A stretch of DNA of 64,000 nucleotides from Sphyrna mokarran (taxonomy: Eukaryota). The stretch lies in the NCBI GenBank assembly GCA_024679065.1, contig JAGIQG010000048.1, positions 310,001-374,000 on the forward strand, written 5' to 3'. A model generated the notes under the pieces. It was not told the origin of the DNA. It made no database searches and saw nothing but the letters and a program-made list of their open reading frames with translations. Positions within the stretch are counted from its first letter, which is position 1. The number at the start of each line of letters is the position of its first letter. Positions 63,561 through 64,000 of this stretch are shown piece after piece. Both the position numbers and the translations under genes were made by a program.

Positions 63561-64000
63561 GCTTCAGAGTGAAACTCCCTCCTCTGAGGAACTCAATGTC
63601 TTCCCCTCTTCTCCATTTCTTTTCTCATTCCAGGGATGGAGGGGGGAATTGGGGACTTGCAGCAACTGGGGAGGGGGGGGTGGTGGGGGGCAAGGAAGTG
63701 AGTCCAGGGAGGCTGCAGATTCTGGAAAGGTTAAGACAAACATTGGAATTAGGAGCAGGACTAGCCCGGGTATCTTTCTGTCTCAAAGTCATTGACAACC
63801 TTCAACTCCCTCAGTTGGACAGATCTACTCATCTGGACAATAGGGTGGCCTCTTATCCAATGTTCACAATGAAAGGGGGAGCTTTCCCAGGAGAGGACTA
63901 ATATTTAAGTGAGGGGCAGAGATATGTTCAACGTAGTTACGTGTCATGTTATTTATGATTCTCTATTTCTTGTCTTGGAACATGTAGCACTTTGTCAATG

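Larger units (their letters stand above)
50886..64000. repeat. Direct segmental duplication, copy 2 (runs off window)
   Basis: Colinear with 24597-37982. Confidence 0.97.

Overview
Vertebrate (cartilaginous fish, shark-type) genomic DNA with four assembly gaps. Bases 1-18.2 kb hold the 3' part of a cluster-type IgM heavy-chain gene on the + strand. It comprises one unrearranged JH with a 23-bp-spacer RSS, a ~9.4 kb J-C intron, Cmu1-Cmu4 with secretory tail, TM1/TM2 exons and two poly(A) regions; all splice phases join in frame. From ~19.7 kb to the end is a recently amplified, rearranged block. It contains inverted 56-bp minisatellite arrays and a direct duplication of at least 13 kb (24597-37982 = 50886-64000) carrying a long CR1 LINE and a C2H2 zinc-finger gene or pseudogene. 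It also contains an ~11.7 kb palindrome (5.8 kb arms, ~95 bp spacer, centre ~40465) that places two copies of a motif-rich bidirectional promoter facing each other across TE fragments. Other points of interest: reverse-oriented CTCF-like sites on either side of Cmu, a G-rich AGCT-containing tract before Cmu1, hammerhead-ribozyme relics in Penelope-like repeats, and a CR1 subfamily with a SINE captured in its 3' UTR. Coordinates were read by eye; repeat boundaries are approximate and repeat family names come from recalled consensus sequences, not database searches.
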